A stretch of 12,140 nt of DNA, from UHGV virus genome UHGV-0102870; one strand, written 5' to 3'. Below, piece by piece: positions 1-8,406 of the stretch (the first letter of the stretch is position 1; each line of letters begins with the position of its first letter). The notes under the pieces are model-generated. The model worked only from the letters and a program-made list of their open reading frames with translations. It ran no database searches and was not told the origin of the DNA. Source of the stretch: a virus. The translations under genes and the position numbers were made by a program.

Positions 1-279
1 AGCTTTAGCCCACTGGCCAACAGGCGCTTTCAGCCATTCGATTTCACTATCAATGGTTTTCAGGCTGTTGGTTTTGTTACCAATGATGCCGTCTTTAACC
101 GACCCGACCACTTCTGACACGCCGAAATCCACATATTCCAGAGAAAAATCCAGGCCGTCTTTAACCGGGAGGGCTTCACCGATGTTGATCTCTGGAAGTT
201 CTTTTTCTTGCAACTGCATATCACGCTCAGTTAGCGCTTCCTGCAGCACTTCTTCGAAATCTGCTGATTCCATAGGCAT
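1..279 (-). CDS. Partial CDS (N-terminal 93 codons, runs off the window edge); putative major capsid protein by position only
   Basis: ATG at 279-277 (alternative ATG at 273) preceded by GGAAGGAG about 8 nt upstream; open frame to position 1, translating MPMESADFEEVLQEALTERDMQLQEKELPEINIGEALPVKDGLDF...; sits immediately downstream of the head genes in the same operon. Product is a guess from gene order. Confidence 0.35.
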   Translation of the reverse strand, partial: MPMESADFEEVLQEALTERDMQLQEKELPEINIGEALPVKDGLDFSLEYVDFGVSEVVGSVKDGIIGNKTNSLKTIDSEIEWLKAPVGQWAKA

Positions 280-282
280 TGG

Positions 283-774
283 TTATGCTCCTTCCGTCTG
301 CTGAACTGCCTGTTGTACGTAGCCCAGGGTGATAGCCACGCAGTTATTACCCGCGCTCACATCTTCCACCCAGAAACCCAAATCAATATTTCCGGCTGCT
401 TCTGTCGTCACCTTTCCGGCATCGGCACCCGTCGCCACGATGTAAGCCGCCGCGCCACGAGTAAAATCAGCGTCATCGACTGTCAGCGCGCCGACGCAGT
501 CGCCGTGAGAGAAATGCCCTACGTTGACCTGCTTGGTGTGCGGTGCACCTTCGCCGTAAATGTCGCGCACCACAATCCCGTGAATGCGTTTGCCAGCTGC
601 GAGAGGCATCACGCCGCCGTCCGGGTTGACAGCTACGAACGTGCCGTAGGGCAATTTCGTTTCGGTCAGGTTCTCTTCCCCCCAGACTTTATCGTTAGAG
701 CTGGAGGCGCGTTTGATTGAACCTGGTTTAATAGTGCCGTCGGCACCATCCCAGTCAGTAAATCCGAAAGCCAT
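283..774 (-). CDS. Small head structural protein (possibly decoration or cement protein), 163 aa
   Basis: ATG at 774-772; Gly/Ala/Val-rich sequence with no TM segment; lies between the scaffold-like gene and the putative capsid gene; 3-nt gaps to both neighbours. Function inferred from synteny only. Confidence 0.45.
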   Translation of the reverse strand: MAFGFTDWDGADGTIKPGSIKRASSSNDKVWGEENLTETKLPYGTFVAVNPDGGVMPLAAGKRIHGIVVRDIYGEGAPHTKQVNVGHFSHGDCVGALTVDDADFTRGAAAYIVATGADAGKVTTEAAGNIDLGFWVEDVSAGNNCVAITLGYVQQAVQQTEGA

Positions 775-776
775 AG

Positions 777-1922
777 TTATTTACCCCCAAGGCGTTGAGT
801 TGCGGTTTTAGTGCTTTTGTTCGCGGAGTCGTTAAACAGATGAGCACCGATTTCACTGCGTGGCTTCGAGGTGGCTTGAATAGCCGCATATGCCGCGCGG
901 ACTTCGCTGTCAGTCATTGCTTTGACCTCAGCATCGTTAAATGCTTTAGTGCTCACCAGTACGGCGGCACGCACGTCACGCGCTGATTTGGCATCATTGA
1001 AGCTGACTTTAGGGAAGCGGGCTTTCGCGTCTGCCAGTGTGGTGCTGGTTTCGTTGCCGGATTTCAGCTGCTCCAGTTCTTCTTCCAGCGCTTTAACCTT
1101 CGCTTTCAGATCGGCGTTTTCGGTTTCCAGCGCAGTGATTTTCGCGTCCTTGTCGTCACCACCAGCGGCAGGATCTTCATCGTTCGGCGATGGTGCCCCC
1201 GTCATGCCTTCCAGTTGAGTTTTAAGGTCAGCGAGTTGCGCCAGCACTTCCTGAGCCTTTGCCGTCGCCTCGTCAGTCCCTTGCCCCTGGAGTTCTGCCA
1301 GTGCTTTTTCCAGCGCGGCGATCATGCCGACCAGTTCGTCAGGAGTTAGCGCTGCACCGTCCGCATCCTTCAGTTTTTTGCCCTTCAGGAAACTCAGGGC
1401 GTCAGTTAATGTTTTGAACATCGGCTTACCTTTTTTGTCGTTTAACTTACACTGAGGCCCGTAGCGCCCCTCTGCCACGCCCGCGACATGATTGCCGCGA
1501 ATGTTGATGTGGTAATACTTACCGCCCCTTTCCTCGAGTTCAGCAGGCTCATATCCAACGGATACTTCACGAATCCCCGTTTCTTCCAGCGTCTTAATTG
1601 CAACGGCATCCGTCAGAAAAACGTCGCAGACCACCTCACCACCCTCGATACGGGTATTGGCGATATGACCGGATGCTTTGTCTTTGTGGTCTGCTGCGGT
1701 GACTTCCCCGTCGTCGGGGTGCGTTATGGTGAACGGGAGGCCATTGAATGAAGCGAGTGTTTCAGGTTTTGATAATTCGTCGAGGGTGCGGACAACGGTG
1801 ATTTTTTTGTTGGCATCGCTGCCAGTTAATCCCAGTTCGTGACCGTAATATTCAATCGGCCCTGCGCGGGTGATCGTCGCAGTGGTAATCACATACCCCT
1901 GCGGTGTTCGTTTCCACTTCAT
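777..1922 (-). CDS. Putative prohead scaffold/protease-like protein (DUF2213-like N-terminal domain with Ala/Glu/Lys-rich coiled-coil C-terminal half), 381 aa
   Basis: ATG at 1922-1920; C-terminal half has heptad-like stretches (ALEKALAELQGQG..., ENADLKAKVKALEEELEQLK) typical of scaffolding proteins; positioned after the MuF-like gene and before the head proteins. Confidence 0.55.
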   Translation of the reverse strand: MKWKRTPQGYVITTATITRAGPIEYYGHELGLTGSDANKKITVVRTLDELSKPETLASFNGLPFTITHPDDGEVTAADHKDKASGHIANTRIEGGEVVCDVFLTDAVAIKTLEETGIREVSVGYEPAELEERGGKYYHINIRGNHVAGVAEGRYGPQCKLNDKKGKPMFKTLTDALSFLKGKKLKDADGAALTPDELVGMIAALEKALAELQGQGTDEATAKAQEVLAQLADLKTQLEGMTGAPSPNDEDPAAGGDDKDAKITALETENADLKAKVKALEEELEQLKSGNETSTTLADAKARFPKVSFNDAKSARDVRAAVLVSTKAFNDAEVKAMTDSEVRAAYAAIQATSKPRSEIGAHLFNDSANKSTKTATQRLGGK

Positions 1923-1925
1923 TGA

Positions 1926-2777
1926 TTAATCCCATGAGACGTAAGGGAGGGCCAGACATCGGCATTGGTAATCCTCGCCGGGTTTACCGATGAATGCCCC
2001 GATGGTTGAGCGTTTCTTCCACGTTTTGCCGCCGTCGTCTGAGTAGACCGTCGGATCGGAGTATTTACAGAGCATGCCGTTTAACGCGGAATGACTGTCA
2101 CGCTCCCGTTCGTCGCCAGTACCTCCCCACTCATACAGGTCAAGACCAAGAGCAACATTTCGCGCTTCAGTCAGGTCTGCGTTCAGTTTTGAGGTCTGGT
2201 CACGTGCGATTAGCCTGGCGCGGTTGCGGGTGACATTCCCGCGCTCCTTGATTATGTCGATCAGGTTTTCATGTCGGCCGCCGTCTTTCATGTTCTCGAA
2301 AACCTCCGCGCCGATATCGTGGATAAAGTCGGTATGGATGGAGGTGATCAGGTCGACATTGTCATTAACCGCCTTTTCCATTTCTGGCTTTATCGCGCCA
2401 TCGCCGAGCATCCCGGTCAGATCAATCCCAAAAGCCTGAGAGAAAGTGCGCTGAGTCTGCTCTTTGTTCTGCAGGTTTGCCCGCGTAACGAATCCGGCAG
2501 AGAGTCGGGCGGCGACCTCCTGAATTGAAATGCTCGCTAATCGCTGCATGACTGCCGCAAGGCGCGCTGTAATCGACAAAGGAGTGGTATCGGGCGCATC
2601 GGTGAGTGTGGGCTTGTCCAGCTCGTCCAGGAGTGTCTGAAGCATGCTATCGACAAACTCAATCAGCCTGTCTCGATACCAGACCTCTGCACGCTTGCTG
2701 GCGGTTGGTGGCCGCATCCGTCGGCGTCGTGGTTTAAGGCGCCCCTGTTTGCGCTCCAGCAGCTGTTTCAGGTCCAT
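1926..2777 (-). CDS. Phage head morphogenesis protein (Mu F-like / SPP1 gp7-like minor head protein), 283 aa
   Basis: ATG at 2777-2775 overlapping the portal gene 3' end; basic N-terminus (RLKPRRRRMRPP); immediately downstream of the portal gene, the conserved position for MuF-like proteins. Confidence 0.65.
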   Translation of the reverse strand: MDLKQLLERKQGRLKPRRRRMRPPTASKRAEVWYRDRLIEFVDSMLQTLLDELDKPTLTDAPDTTPLSITARLAAVMQRLASISIQEVAARLSAGFVTRANLQNKEQTQRTFSQAFGIDLTGMLGDGAIKPEMEKAVNDNVDLITSIHTDFIHDIGAEVFENMKDGGRHENLIDIIKERGNVTRNRARLIARDQTSKLNADLTEARNVALGLDLYEWGGTGDERERDSHSALNGMLCKYSDPTVYSDDGGKTWKKRSTIGAFIGKPGEDYQCRCLALPYVSWD

Positions 2778-4057
2778 GTGCCACCCCCTGCGACAATCGC
2801 CTTAATTTCTGCTTCGGTGACCGTCTTCAGTACGCCCCGGTTTATCATTTCCCTGATAGCAACTTCTTCCGTCAGGATTGAACCCGTTACCAGCGTATTA
2901 AATCCGGTGGCGTACTGGCTAAACCGGTTAGCTTCGTCAGCCTCATTAATACTGTCGATTGTCGGGTATTCGTAGGTAAGGCTTTCCGTTATGGCGAGTT
3001 TATCCAGCGTGAACTGGTCGGCGAAATCCTGCATTGGACGAAGCCGGGACTCCTGAAGTCCGTTAATCGTCTCGTAATAGGATTTATTGTCTTCCTCTCC
3101 GCTGCTGAACCCGCTGGCAGACTCACCAAACAGAACCGTTATGGGCCTGTCCAGAGCACCGGCCAGTACAATCGCCATTTTGCTGATCACATCCGACAGT
3201 CCGGTAAATTGCGCGTTTTTCTGCTCATAGCGCCCTTGAGATGTTGTATCACCAGCGTCAATTAGCAGCAGCCCGGTTGAGGATTTAGTTTCCTTCATCA
3301 CCCTGGCGTATTCGCGCACCTGCCCTTCCTGACCCGCTGCGATCTGGTTATTCATGCCGGGGATAAACAGCACATCGACGTTTGCCTCCTGTATGGTGTC
3401 TCCGGTGCTGAGGATTGCTGTGTCGAAGGTTTTGATATGCTCATAGGGCGCCTGAAGGTCTGACGTGCCAAACTTTGCGCGATCCTTAATGCTGTGATTG
3501 CCCAGCTTTGTCCGGCAGCAGCGGGAATGATGAAACCTGAGTTGCTTCGTCCCGACATCAAGTTGATACGTCAGCGGCTCACCAAAACAGTCCGAACGTA
3601 TGTCGGTGATGACATTACTGTCCGGCGTGTACTCCCCTTTACGGAACACCAGGAATTTAACGATATCTTCGCTCTGCAAATTGAGCGGCAAGGCTATCTG
3701 GTCATCAGCACAATCCGTGATAGCCACGATTAGCGAGTCACCCAACAGAGAGGCCCATCCCAGCGCGCTGTGAAAGACTGCGTTTAATTTCAGTTCTTTT
3801 TCAGCGTCAGCGATGCGTTTGGTTATGGAGCTATCGACGTCGCCCGAAAATTTACGGGGCAACTTCAGCATGTCGTCGGCGGTTTTGTTGATGTACTTTT
3901 TCACCACCCACGATTTTTTATACATCGCGAGAAGTTCTTTATCCGGCACATCTGGCCTTGTGCTGCTGTACCGTACCGCTCCGATCTTCTCGCCGAGCGA
4001 GGTCATTAAGCTAACCAGGCCATCATTCAGACGACCAACGATATTTTTTCTCGTCAT
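2768..4057 (-). CDS. Portal protein, 429 aa
   Basis: ATG at 4057-4055 overlapping the TerL stop (TAATG); size and position directly after the large terminase; acidic, helix-rich sequence recalled as DUF1073-type portal. Confidence 0.7.
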   Translation of the reverse strand: MTRKNIVGRLNDGLVSLMTSLGEKIGAVRYSSTRPDVPDKELLAMYKKSWVVKKYINKTADDMLKLPRKFSGDVDSSITKRIADAEKELKLNAVFHSALGWASLLGDSLIVAITDCADDQIALPLNLQSEDIVKFLVFRKGEYTPDSNVITDIRSDCFGEPLTYQLDVGTKQLRFHHSRCCRTKLGNHSIKDRAKFGTSDLQAPYEHIKTFDTAILSTGDTIQEANVDVLFIPGMNNQIAAGQEGQVREYARVMKETKSSTGLLLIDAGDTTSQGRYEQKNAQFTGLSDVISKMAIVLAGALDRPITVLFGESASGFSSGEEDNKSYYETINGLQESRLRPMQDFADQFTLDKLAITESLTYEYPTIDSINEADEANRFSQYATGFNTLVTGSILTEEVAIREMINRGVLKTVTEAEIKAIVAGGGTWT

Positions 4058-5475
4058 TACATGATGTCCAGTGGGCTGAGTGTTTTTCTCTGATACAAAT
4101 CGCGTAACCCCTGCGTCATTGCATCGACAACGTCATCGTTCGCGCCAACAGGGAACGTGGTAATTTCCTCAACCGTCTCGGTGATCCACGGAGCGATGTC
4201 TTTATGGGGAAGGAAAACGTTACCTGCTTCCCATACAGCGGTGATCGCATGCGCCCGGGCGACTTTGCTGCCGTCCGGTTCAACGGGAACGAGTCCTGCT
4301 ACGGTGCTTTTCAGTGAATCAATAACCGCCGGGCCGTTGGCTTTATCCTCCACCAGCTTGCGCAGGCCTTTGGGGTATTCGTCGGCCATGCGTTTAACGG
4401 CTTTGAGTGTTGCGGTAAAGCTCATGCGCGCGCGCACCTGGTGAAGCAGATAAGCATTGGCGCCTTTTTTCCCCCATACCTGCCCGACAACGTAGTCGGT
4501 GCCCTCGCTGTCTTTGAAGGTCATATCCCAGCTATGGACGACAATATCGAAGTTGGTCGGCAAGTCTTTCGGGAGGTAATACTTGATCCACTCGTCTTTG
4601 AAGATTGAGCCGCCGGCCTGTTTTGGTGACTGCTGATACATCGCAGACCAGAAGTAATCCCCGAGAATGGTTTTGGTTTCGAGCAGCTTTTCTTTCGGGT
4701 GCAGTTCAGGCACCAGCGCTTCACCCTGCTCGTTGATTGCAGGGAACGCCAGCACCTTAGCGCGCGGCGTGATTTCCACCACACGCCCGGATAAATCATC
4801 TGTCGCCCAGCGGGTCGCCATGATGATTTCGCCGCTGTTTTTCGACAGACGCGTTTTAAACGTGGAAACGTACCAGTTCCAGATAGATTTTTTGGTCGTC
4901 GGGCTGAGTGCTTCTTTGGCGTTTTTTATCGGGTCATCGATGATACCGAGATCGATTTTCTTACCTGTTAACGGGCCGCCTACGCCCGCACAGACATACG
5001 TTCCCTTATGGTTGGCTATACCGAATTCGTCAGTGTTACGCTTTACGGCCACACCATCAGCCGGCTTATTTCCCAACCAGGCACCCGGAAATATGTTGCG
5101 GTATTCCGGCGTGGACATAATGCGCTGAACATCGGCGTTCATGTCCCCGGCAAGGTCAGCGGAGTACGACAAAGCGCCCACGCGCATTTCAGGATATTTT
5201 CCGAAGAAATACGCTGGCAGGTAACGCGAAACGATATCCGATTTACCATGCTGCGGCGGCGCACCGAGAATCAGTATCGGGCGCAGCCCGTTCATCATAT
5301 CCAGCAGGAACTGATCCAGAGCGTCGCAGACCGTCTGAGAGAACTTGCTGGTGATGTATTCGGGATTAATGTACTGAATGAAGTCGTGGAGGCTTGCCCG
5401 CGCATTGCGTCGTTTGAGTAACTCGGCCGCTGCTTCCTGCTTACTTACCAGCGATAATTGCGGCGAGCTGCTCAT
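4057..5475 (-). CDS. Terminase large subunit, 472 aa
   Basis: Walker A-like LGAPPQHGKS, Walker B-like IDLGIIDDP, and C-terminal nuclease-domain acidic motifs (HSWDMTF, GANDDVVDA); overlaps the 3' end of the small-subunit gene. Confidence 0.9.
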   Translation of the reverse strand: MSSSPQLSLVSKQEAAAELLKRRNARASLHDFIQYINPEYITSKFSQTVCDALDQFLLDMMNGLRPILILGAPPQHGKSDIVSRYLPAYFFGKYPEMRVGALSYSADLAGDMNADVQRIMSTPEYRNIFPGAWLGNKPADGVAVKRNTDEFGIANHKGTYVCAGVGGPLTGKKIDLGIIDDPIKNAKEALSPTTKKSIWNWYVSTFKTRLSKNSGEIIMATRWATDDLSGRVVEITPRAKVLAFPAINEQGEALVPELHPKEKLLETKTILGDYFWSAMYQQSPKQAGGSIFKDEWIKYYLPKDLPTNFDIVVHSWDMTFKDSEGTDYVVGQVWGKKGANAYLLHQVRARMSFTATLKAVKRMADEYPKGLRKLVEDKANGPAVIDSLKSTVAGLVPVEPDGSKVARAHAITAVWEAGNVFLPHKDIAPWITETVEEITTFPVGANDDVVDAMTQGLRDLYQRKTLSPLDIM

Positions 5476-5920
5476 CAGTCAGATCCTCCGCGCTTACTGT
5501 GTGATTATGCTGTATGGGCTCACCATTCGGGCCTGAATGTTCAAGCTTCTGCTTGTTGCTATATGCCTCGCCAACTTCTTTCGCGGCCTGTTCGAGGAGT
5601 TGGGCCGTCATACCGATATTTTTCATATTCTCAGCGGTCATCGACATCCTTTGCAGGACACGCAGCCGATAGGCTTTATTGGCGATCGGGATATCGGAAA
5701 TTTCATTCTGGAAGCGTTCGCGAGTTGCGTTGAAAAGTTCGACCCACTTTTTTGCGAGCGTCTTACCGCTGGCCTTCGTGGGGTCGTGAGATTCAGCCTG
5801 CTGGCGGGTGATCTTGATCCCGAATTCTTTTTGGACAGCCTCGACCACCTGCGATGGCGTGTCATAGCACGCAAGCGACTGAATGATGAAGGCTTTCACA
5901 TCAGGTTTTAATGCAGCCAT
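5441..5920 (-). CDS. Putative terminase small subunit (DUF2280-like), 159 aa
   Basis: ATG at 5920-5918 with GGTGA upstream; small protein immediately upstream of and overlapping TerL; N-terminal region looks like a DNA-binding domain. Assignment mainly positional. Confidence 0.6.
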   Translation of the reverse strand: MAALKPDVKAFIIQSLACYDTPSQVVEAVQKEFGIKITRQQAESHDPTKASGKTLAKKWVELFNATRERFQNEISDIPIANKAYRLRVLQRMSMTAENMKNIGMTAQLLEQAAKEVGEAYSNKQKLEHSGPNGEPIQHNHTVSAEDLTDEQLAAIIAGK

Positions 5921-5951
5921 AAATCACCATTCGTCTTATACAGTCCAGTAT

Positions 5952-6584
5952 TTAAGCCAGTTTCAGCATGCACGTCCCGCACGCTCTGGCGATGTTAAGT
6001 TTTGCCACCTCTGCAGGTTGATTTGCTGCGTCCACCAGCTCTTGCACGTCGGCACTCGCTCCGTATCGCCGAACCACGCCAACGAACTCTTCAACGTCGT
6101 GGCCGCGTAGGTATAGCTTTGGCAATCCGGAATCGCGGTAGAACTTCGGGGAGCCGAATTCATCGGTCTCCTGCGCTATGTGGTAAAGCTCATGCTCTAC
6201 CAGCGCGCAGAATTCCAGGTCAGAGCATTGCAGGCAGAAGTCACCGGCCAGCGTGATAATGAAGTCCGGTTTATGTCCGAACCACTCATGCATCTGCTGT
6301 TCCATCCGGGCTTTTTGCCATCCACCAGCACGCATCATTACCTCTTCGGCCTGACCGAGAACGGCTCGCCCTTTTTTGGTGAATGCGGTTGCCGCCCACA
6401 AGAACGCTATATCAGCATCAGCGAGGTGTGCGTGGTCAGGGTTATGCAGATGACCGGAATCGGCGATGATTTGCTCCTGCACCCATTGCCATACACCATC
6501 AGCAGGAGCTAACCGAATGTACGGAGCGAACTCTCCGACGAATGCGGATGATGGCAGCGGGCGGAGATCATCTTCATTCGCCAT
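5952..6584 (-). CDS. HExxH-motif protein, putative phage metallopeptidase-like, about 210 aa
   Basis: Start taken at the internal ATG (6584-6582, MANEDDLRPL...) with AGGAAG 6 nt upstream; the upstream ATG at 6611 abuts the terminator hairpin and lacks an SD. Contains HELYH (HExxH) in VEHELYHIAQETDEFG. Confidence 0.55.
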   Translation of the reverse strand: MANEDDLRPLPSSAFVGEFAPYIRLAPADGVWQWVQEQIIADSGHLHNPDHAHLADADIAFLWAATAFTKKGRAVLGQAEEVMMRAGGWQKARMEQQMHEWFGHKPDFIITLAGDFCLQCSDLEFCALVEHELYHIAQETDEFGSPKFYRDSGLPKLYLRGHDVEEFVGVVRRYGASADVQELVDAANQPAEVAKLNIARACGTCMLKLA

Positions 6585-6610
6585 GGTTATCTTCCTGAGG
6601 TTTGGCTCCA

Positions 6611-6638
6611 TTAAAAAAGCCCCGCATTAGCGAGGCTT
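6611..6638 (-). terminator. Rho-independent terminator downstream of the small AT-rich ORF
   Basis: On the minus strand: 9-bp stem with one mismatch (AAGCCTCGC / GCGGGGCTT), 4-nt loop, then a run of six U followed by AA and two more U; lies 20 nt past the stop of the 6659-6955 ORF. Confidence 0.55.
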
Positions 6639-6658
6639 AAGACACTGATGAACATTAG

Positions 6659-6955
6659 TTACTTCAACTTAGCGAGATAGCTGATAACCATATCCAGGCT
6701 TACACGATCCTGTCCATCTGAGTACCAAGTATTAGGGGCTGGCTGATTGGCTTTGTACAGGGCATCAATGTTTAGGTTGATGTCAGTCACTTTAAAATCT
6801 CGATCATCAGGGTCAAGCTTTGATGAAATGATCTGACAGGAGCCTTCAGGTACTTTTTTGTGGTAACCAAGCTCATGGTTTTTACAGTAAATCTCGTACT
6901 TGATGGTAGACCCATCGTCCGTTTTCAAAATGAAAGAGTGAATTAAGTGCTTCAT
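6659..6955 (-). CDS. Hypothetical small protein, about 98 aa, AT-rich moron-like gene
   Basis: ATG at 6955-6953 (MKHLIHSF...) with a G-rich SD-like stretch 6 nt upstream; visibly lower G+C and different codon usage than the flanking phage genes; flanked by a candidate promoter and a terminator. No recognisable family. Confidence 0.5.
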   Translation of the reverse strand: MKHLIHSFILKTDDGSTIKYEIYCKNHELGYHKKVPEGSCQIISSKLDPDDRDFKVTDINLNIDALYKANQPAPNTWYSDGQDRVSLDMVISYLAKLK

Positions 6956-6992
6956 GAAAACCCCCACTATTAGTGTGAGTTATCACTTTAGC

Positions 6993-7001
6993 ATTATCAC
7001 A
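6993..7001 (-). promoter_or_regulatory. Candidate extended -10 promoter (TGTGATAAT) for the 6659-6955 ORF
   Basis: Minus-strand TGnGATAAT about 40 nt upstream of the ORF start; no good -35. Sits within two direct TTATCAC repeats (plus 6980-6986 and 6994-7000), next to an imperfect palindrome at 7001-7019. Confidence 0.3.
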
Positions 7002-7037
7002 GGCACTCAGTGAATGCCTGCTGTAATGCCTGGCTAT

Positions 7038-7382
7038 TTATCTCAGGAAGAGGTTGGCTGCATACTCGCCGTCAACGAAGACATCACATTCCTTTGCGTC
7101 ACGGGAAAACTTACAGCGGGCCATAACTTTTTTACCCTTATAGTCGCCGTTGTATACGTTCGTGTAGCTTTGGGCGAAAGCGGCCGAAAGACTTTTATCC
7201 TGGTTAAGGAATGAATCATCAACAACCAGGACATCATTAACCCACAACTTCAGTATTCCGTTTGGCATATTGGCACTAATGAGCATCTGCTCTCCATTGG
7301 GAGAGCGATAAGGTTGCTGTGCAGAATAGTTAGTGCATCCTGCAAGCAGGAGCGCAGAAAGCAAAACGGTAATACGCTTCAT
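7038..7382 (-). CDS. Putative lipoprotein (moron-like), about 114 aa
   Basis: N-terminus MKRITVLLSALLLAGC: basic n-region, hydrophobic core, lipobox L-A-G-C. AGGTGA SD 10 nt before the ATG at 7382; an in-frame ATG at 7388 is too close to the SD. Confidence 0.7.
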   Translation of the reverse strand: MKRITVLLSALLLAGCTNYSAQQPYRSPNGEQMLISANMPNGILKLWVNDVLVVDDSFLNQDKSLSAAFAQSYTNVYNGDYKGKKVMARCKFSRDAKECDVFVDGEYAANLFLR

Positions 7383-7498
7383 GGACATTCATTCACCTAA
7401 GTTAAATTATTGATTGATATGGTTTTAATATCACTAAAAATTAAACTATCAGCGCCTGGTTGTACACATGAAAATTGTTGTTATTTGAAGCTTAGCAA

Positions 7499-7969
7499 TC
7501 ATCTAATGCACTGCTCACGCACATACGCTTGCAGGCCTGTCAGTTGGCTGGTGATGGTTTCGATTCGCTCTCTGAGGGTGAAATAATCCCGTTCAGCGGC
7601 GTCAGTAAGTCGGGGGCCGGTTGCATCATCCAGGCCGGTGGCGCTGGCCGTTCCGTTCGCGGGACAGGTTGCGTTGAGCTGCAACCGACGTTTGCCAGCA
7701 GCAACATCACGCTCAAGCTGATCGATAGTGGCTTTGGCATCAGCCAGTTCTCCGGTGTATTTGGCATCCAGTGCAGCGACATCACGCTGGCGGGTCTGCA
7801 TGTCTTTAATGGTGGCGGTCGCCAGGAGGAGTTTCTCAGTGGCCTTATCGCGCTGGTCTCTGTAAGTGATGGCGTTGTCGCGGTAGTGGTTCACGAAGAA
7901 AGCCAGTGCGCCGATTAACGCCAGCACCAGCAACTGCAGCCAGTAACGCTTAACCAGTGCGCTAATCAT
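7499..7969 (-). CDS. Rz: i-spanin Rz, 156 aa
   Basis: N-terminal TM segment then coiled coil; clear similarity to lambda Rz as I recall it ([62 protein letters not shown]); start overlaps the endolysin stop. Confidence 0.9.
   Translation of the reverse strand: MISALVKRYWLQLLVLALIGALAFFVNHYRDNAITYRDQRDKATEKLLLATATIKDMQTRQRDVAALDAKYTGELADAKATIDQLERDVAAGKRRLQLNATCPANGTASATGLDDATGPRLTDAAERDYFTLRERIETITSQLTGLQAYVREQCIR
7540..7740 (-). CDS. Rz1: o-spanin Rz1 lipoprotein, embedded in the +1 frame of Rz, about 66 aa
   Basis: ORF lies entirely inside Rz in another frame; [20 protein letters not shown] signal with lipobox Cys; proline-rich mature part [24 protein letters not shown] closely matches lambda Rz1 ([25 protein letters not shown]) from memory. 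Start could instead be the ATG at 7707. Confidence 0.8.
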   Translation of the reverse strand: MPKPLSISLSVMLLLANVGCSSTQPVPRTERPAPPAWMMQPAPDLLTPLNGIISPSESESKPSPAN

Positions 7970-8406
7970 GACAGGAACAGAGCTCGCTCTGCCTCCCGCC
8001 GACGTGTCAGCCCATTCAGCACCTTCCCACCAGCTTTATTCCAGCGCAGGAACTCATCGGCTGCACCAGCGTAATCTCCGGCGTTGAGTTTTCGCAGGAG
8101 AGTCGATGTCGACAATGACCGCGCACCGAGGTTATACGTGAACGACACCAGGGCATCGAATTGCCCCTGAGTCAGGCCAACTTTAACCAGTCGTGACACG
8201 TCACTTTCGTAACTGACCATTCCTGTCTTCAGCAGGCGTTCTGCCGTTTCCTGCTTAATTGTCATCCCGGCACGGATTGGTTTCCCGTCGACGGGCTGAG
8301 TCCAGCCATAACCGATCGTCCAAACGCCGACGCTGTCCTGATAGGCAGTGAGCTTGCAACCTTCGAACTCTTTGATCAGGGCAATGCCTTTATCACTGGT
8401 TTGCAT
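7966..8406 (-). CDS. Endolysin, phage lysozyme (T4 lysozyme / GH24 type, P22 gp19-like), 146 aa
   Basis: N-terminal catalytic region [28 protein letters not shown] and C-terminal [12 protein letters not shown] match the P22 gp19 lysozyme family as I recall it; no N-terminal SAR/TM segment; overlaps the holin stop. Confidence 0.92.
   Translation of the reverse strand: MQTSDKGIALIKEFEGCKLTAYQDSVGVWTIGYGWTQPVDGKPIRAGMTIKQETAERLLKTGMVSYESDVSRLVKVGLTQGQFDALVSFTYNLGARSLSTSTLLRKLNAGDYAGAADEFLRWNKAGGKVLNGLTRRREAERALFLS

Noticed and set aside
53-304. Plus-strand ORF of 83 aa
   Set aside because: Lies antisense to the minus-strand putative capsid gene, has no SD and gives a Ser-rich low-complexity translation; shadow ORF.
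4667-5421. Plus-strand ORFs of 153 and 137 aa inside the large terminase region
   Set aside because: Antisense to a gene with unmistakable terminase ATPase and nuclease motifs; all credible genes here are co-directional on the minus strand.
5638-5874. Alternate-frame minus-strand ORF of 78 aa inside the small terminase gene
   Set aside because: Fully nested in another frame of a better-supported gene, with an Arg/Ser-rich low-complexity translation; unlike Rz1 it has no signal peptide or recognisable motif.
6585-6611. Upstream ATG at 6611 for the HExxH protein
   Set aside because: It directly abuts the terminator hairpin with no SD; the internal ATG at 6584 has AGGAAG at ideal spacing.
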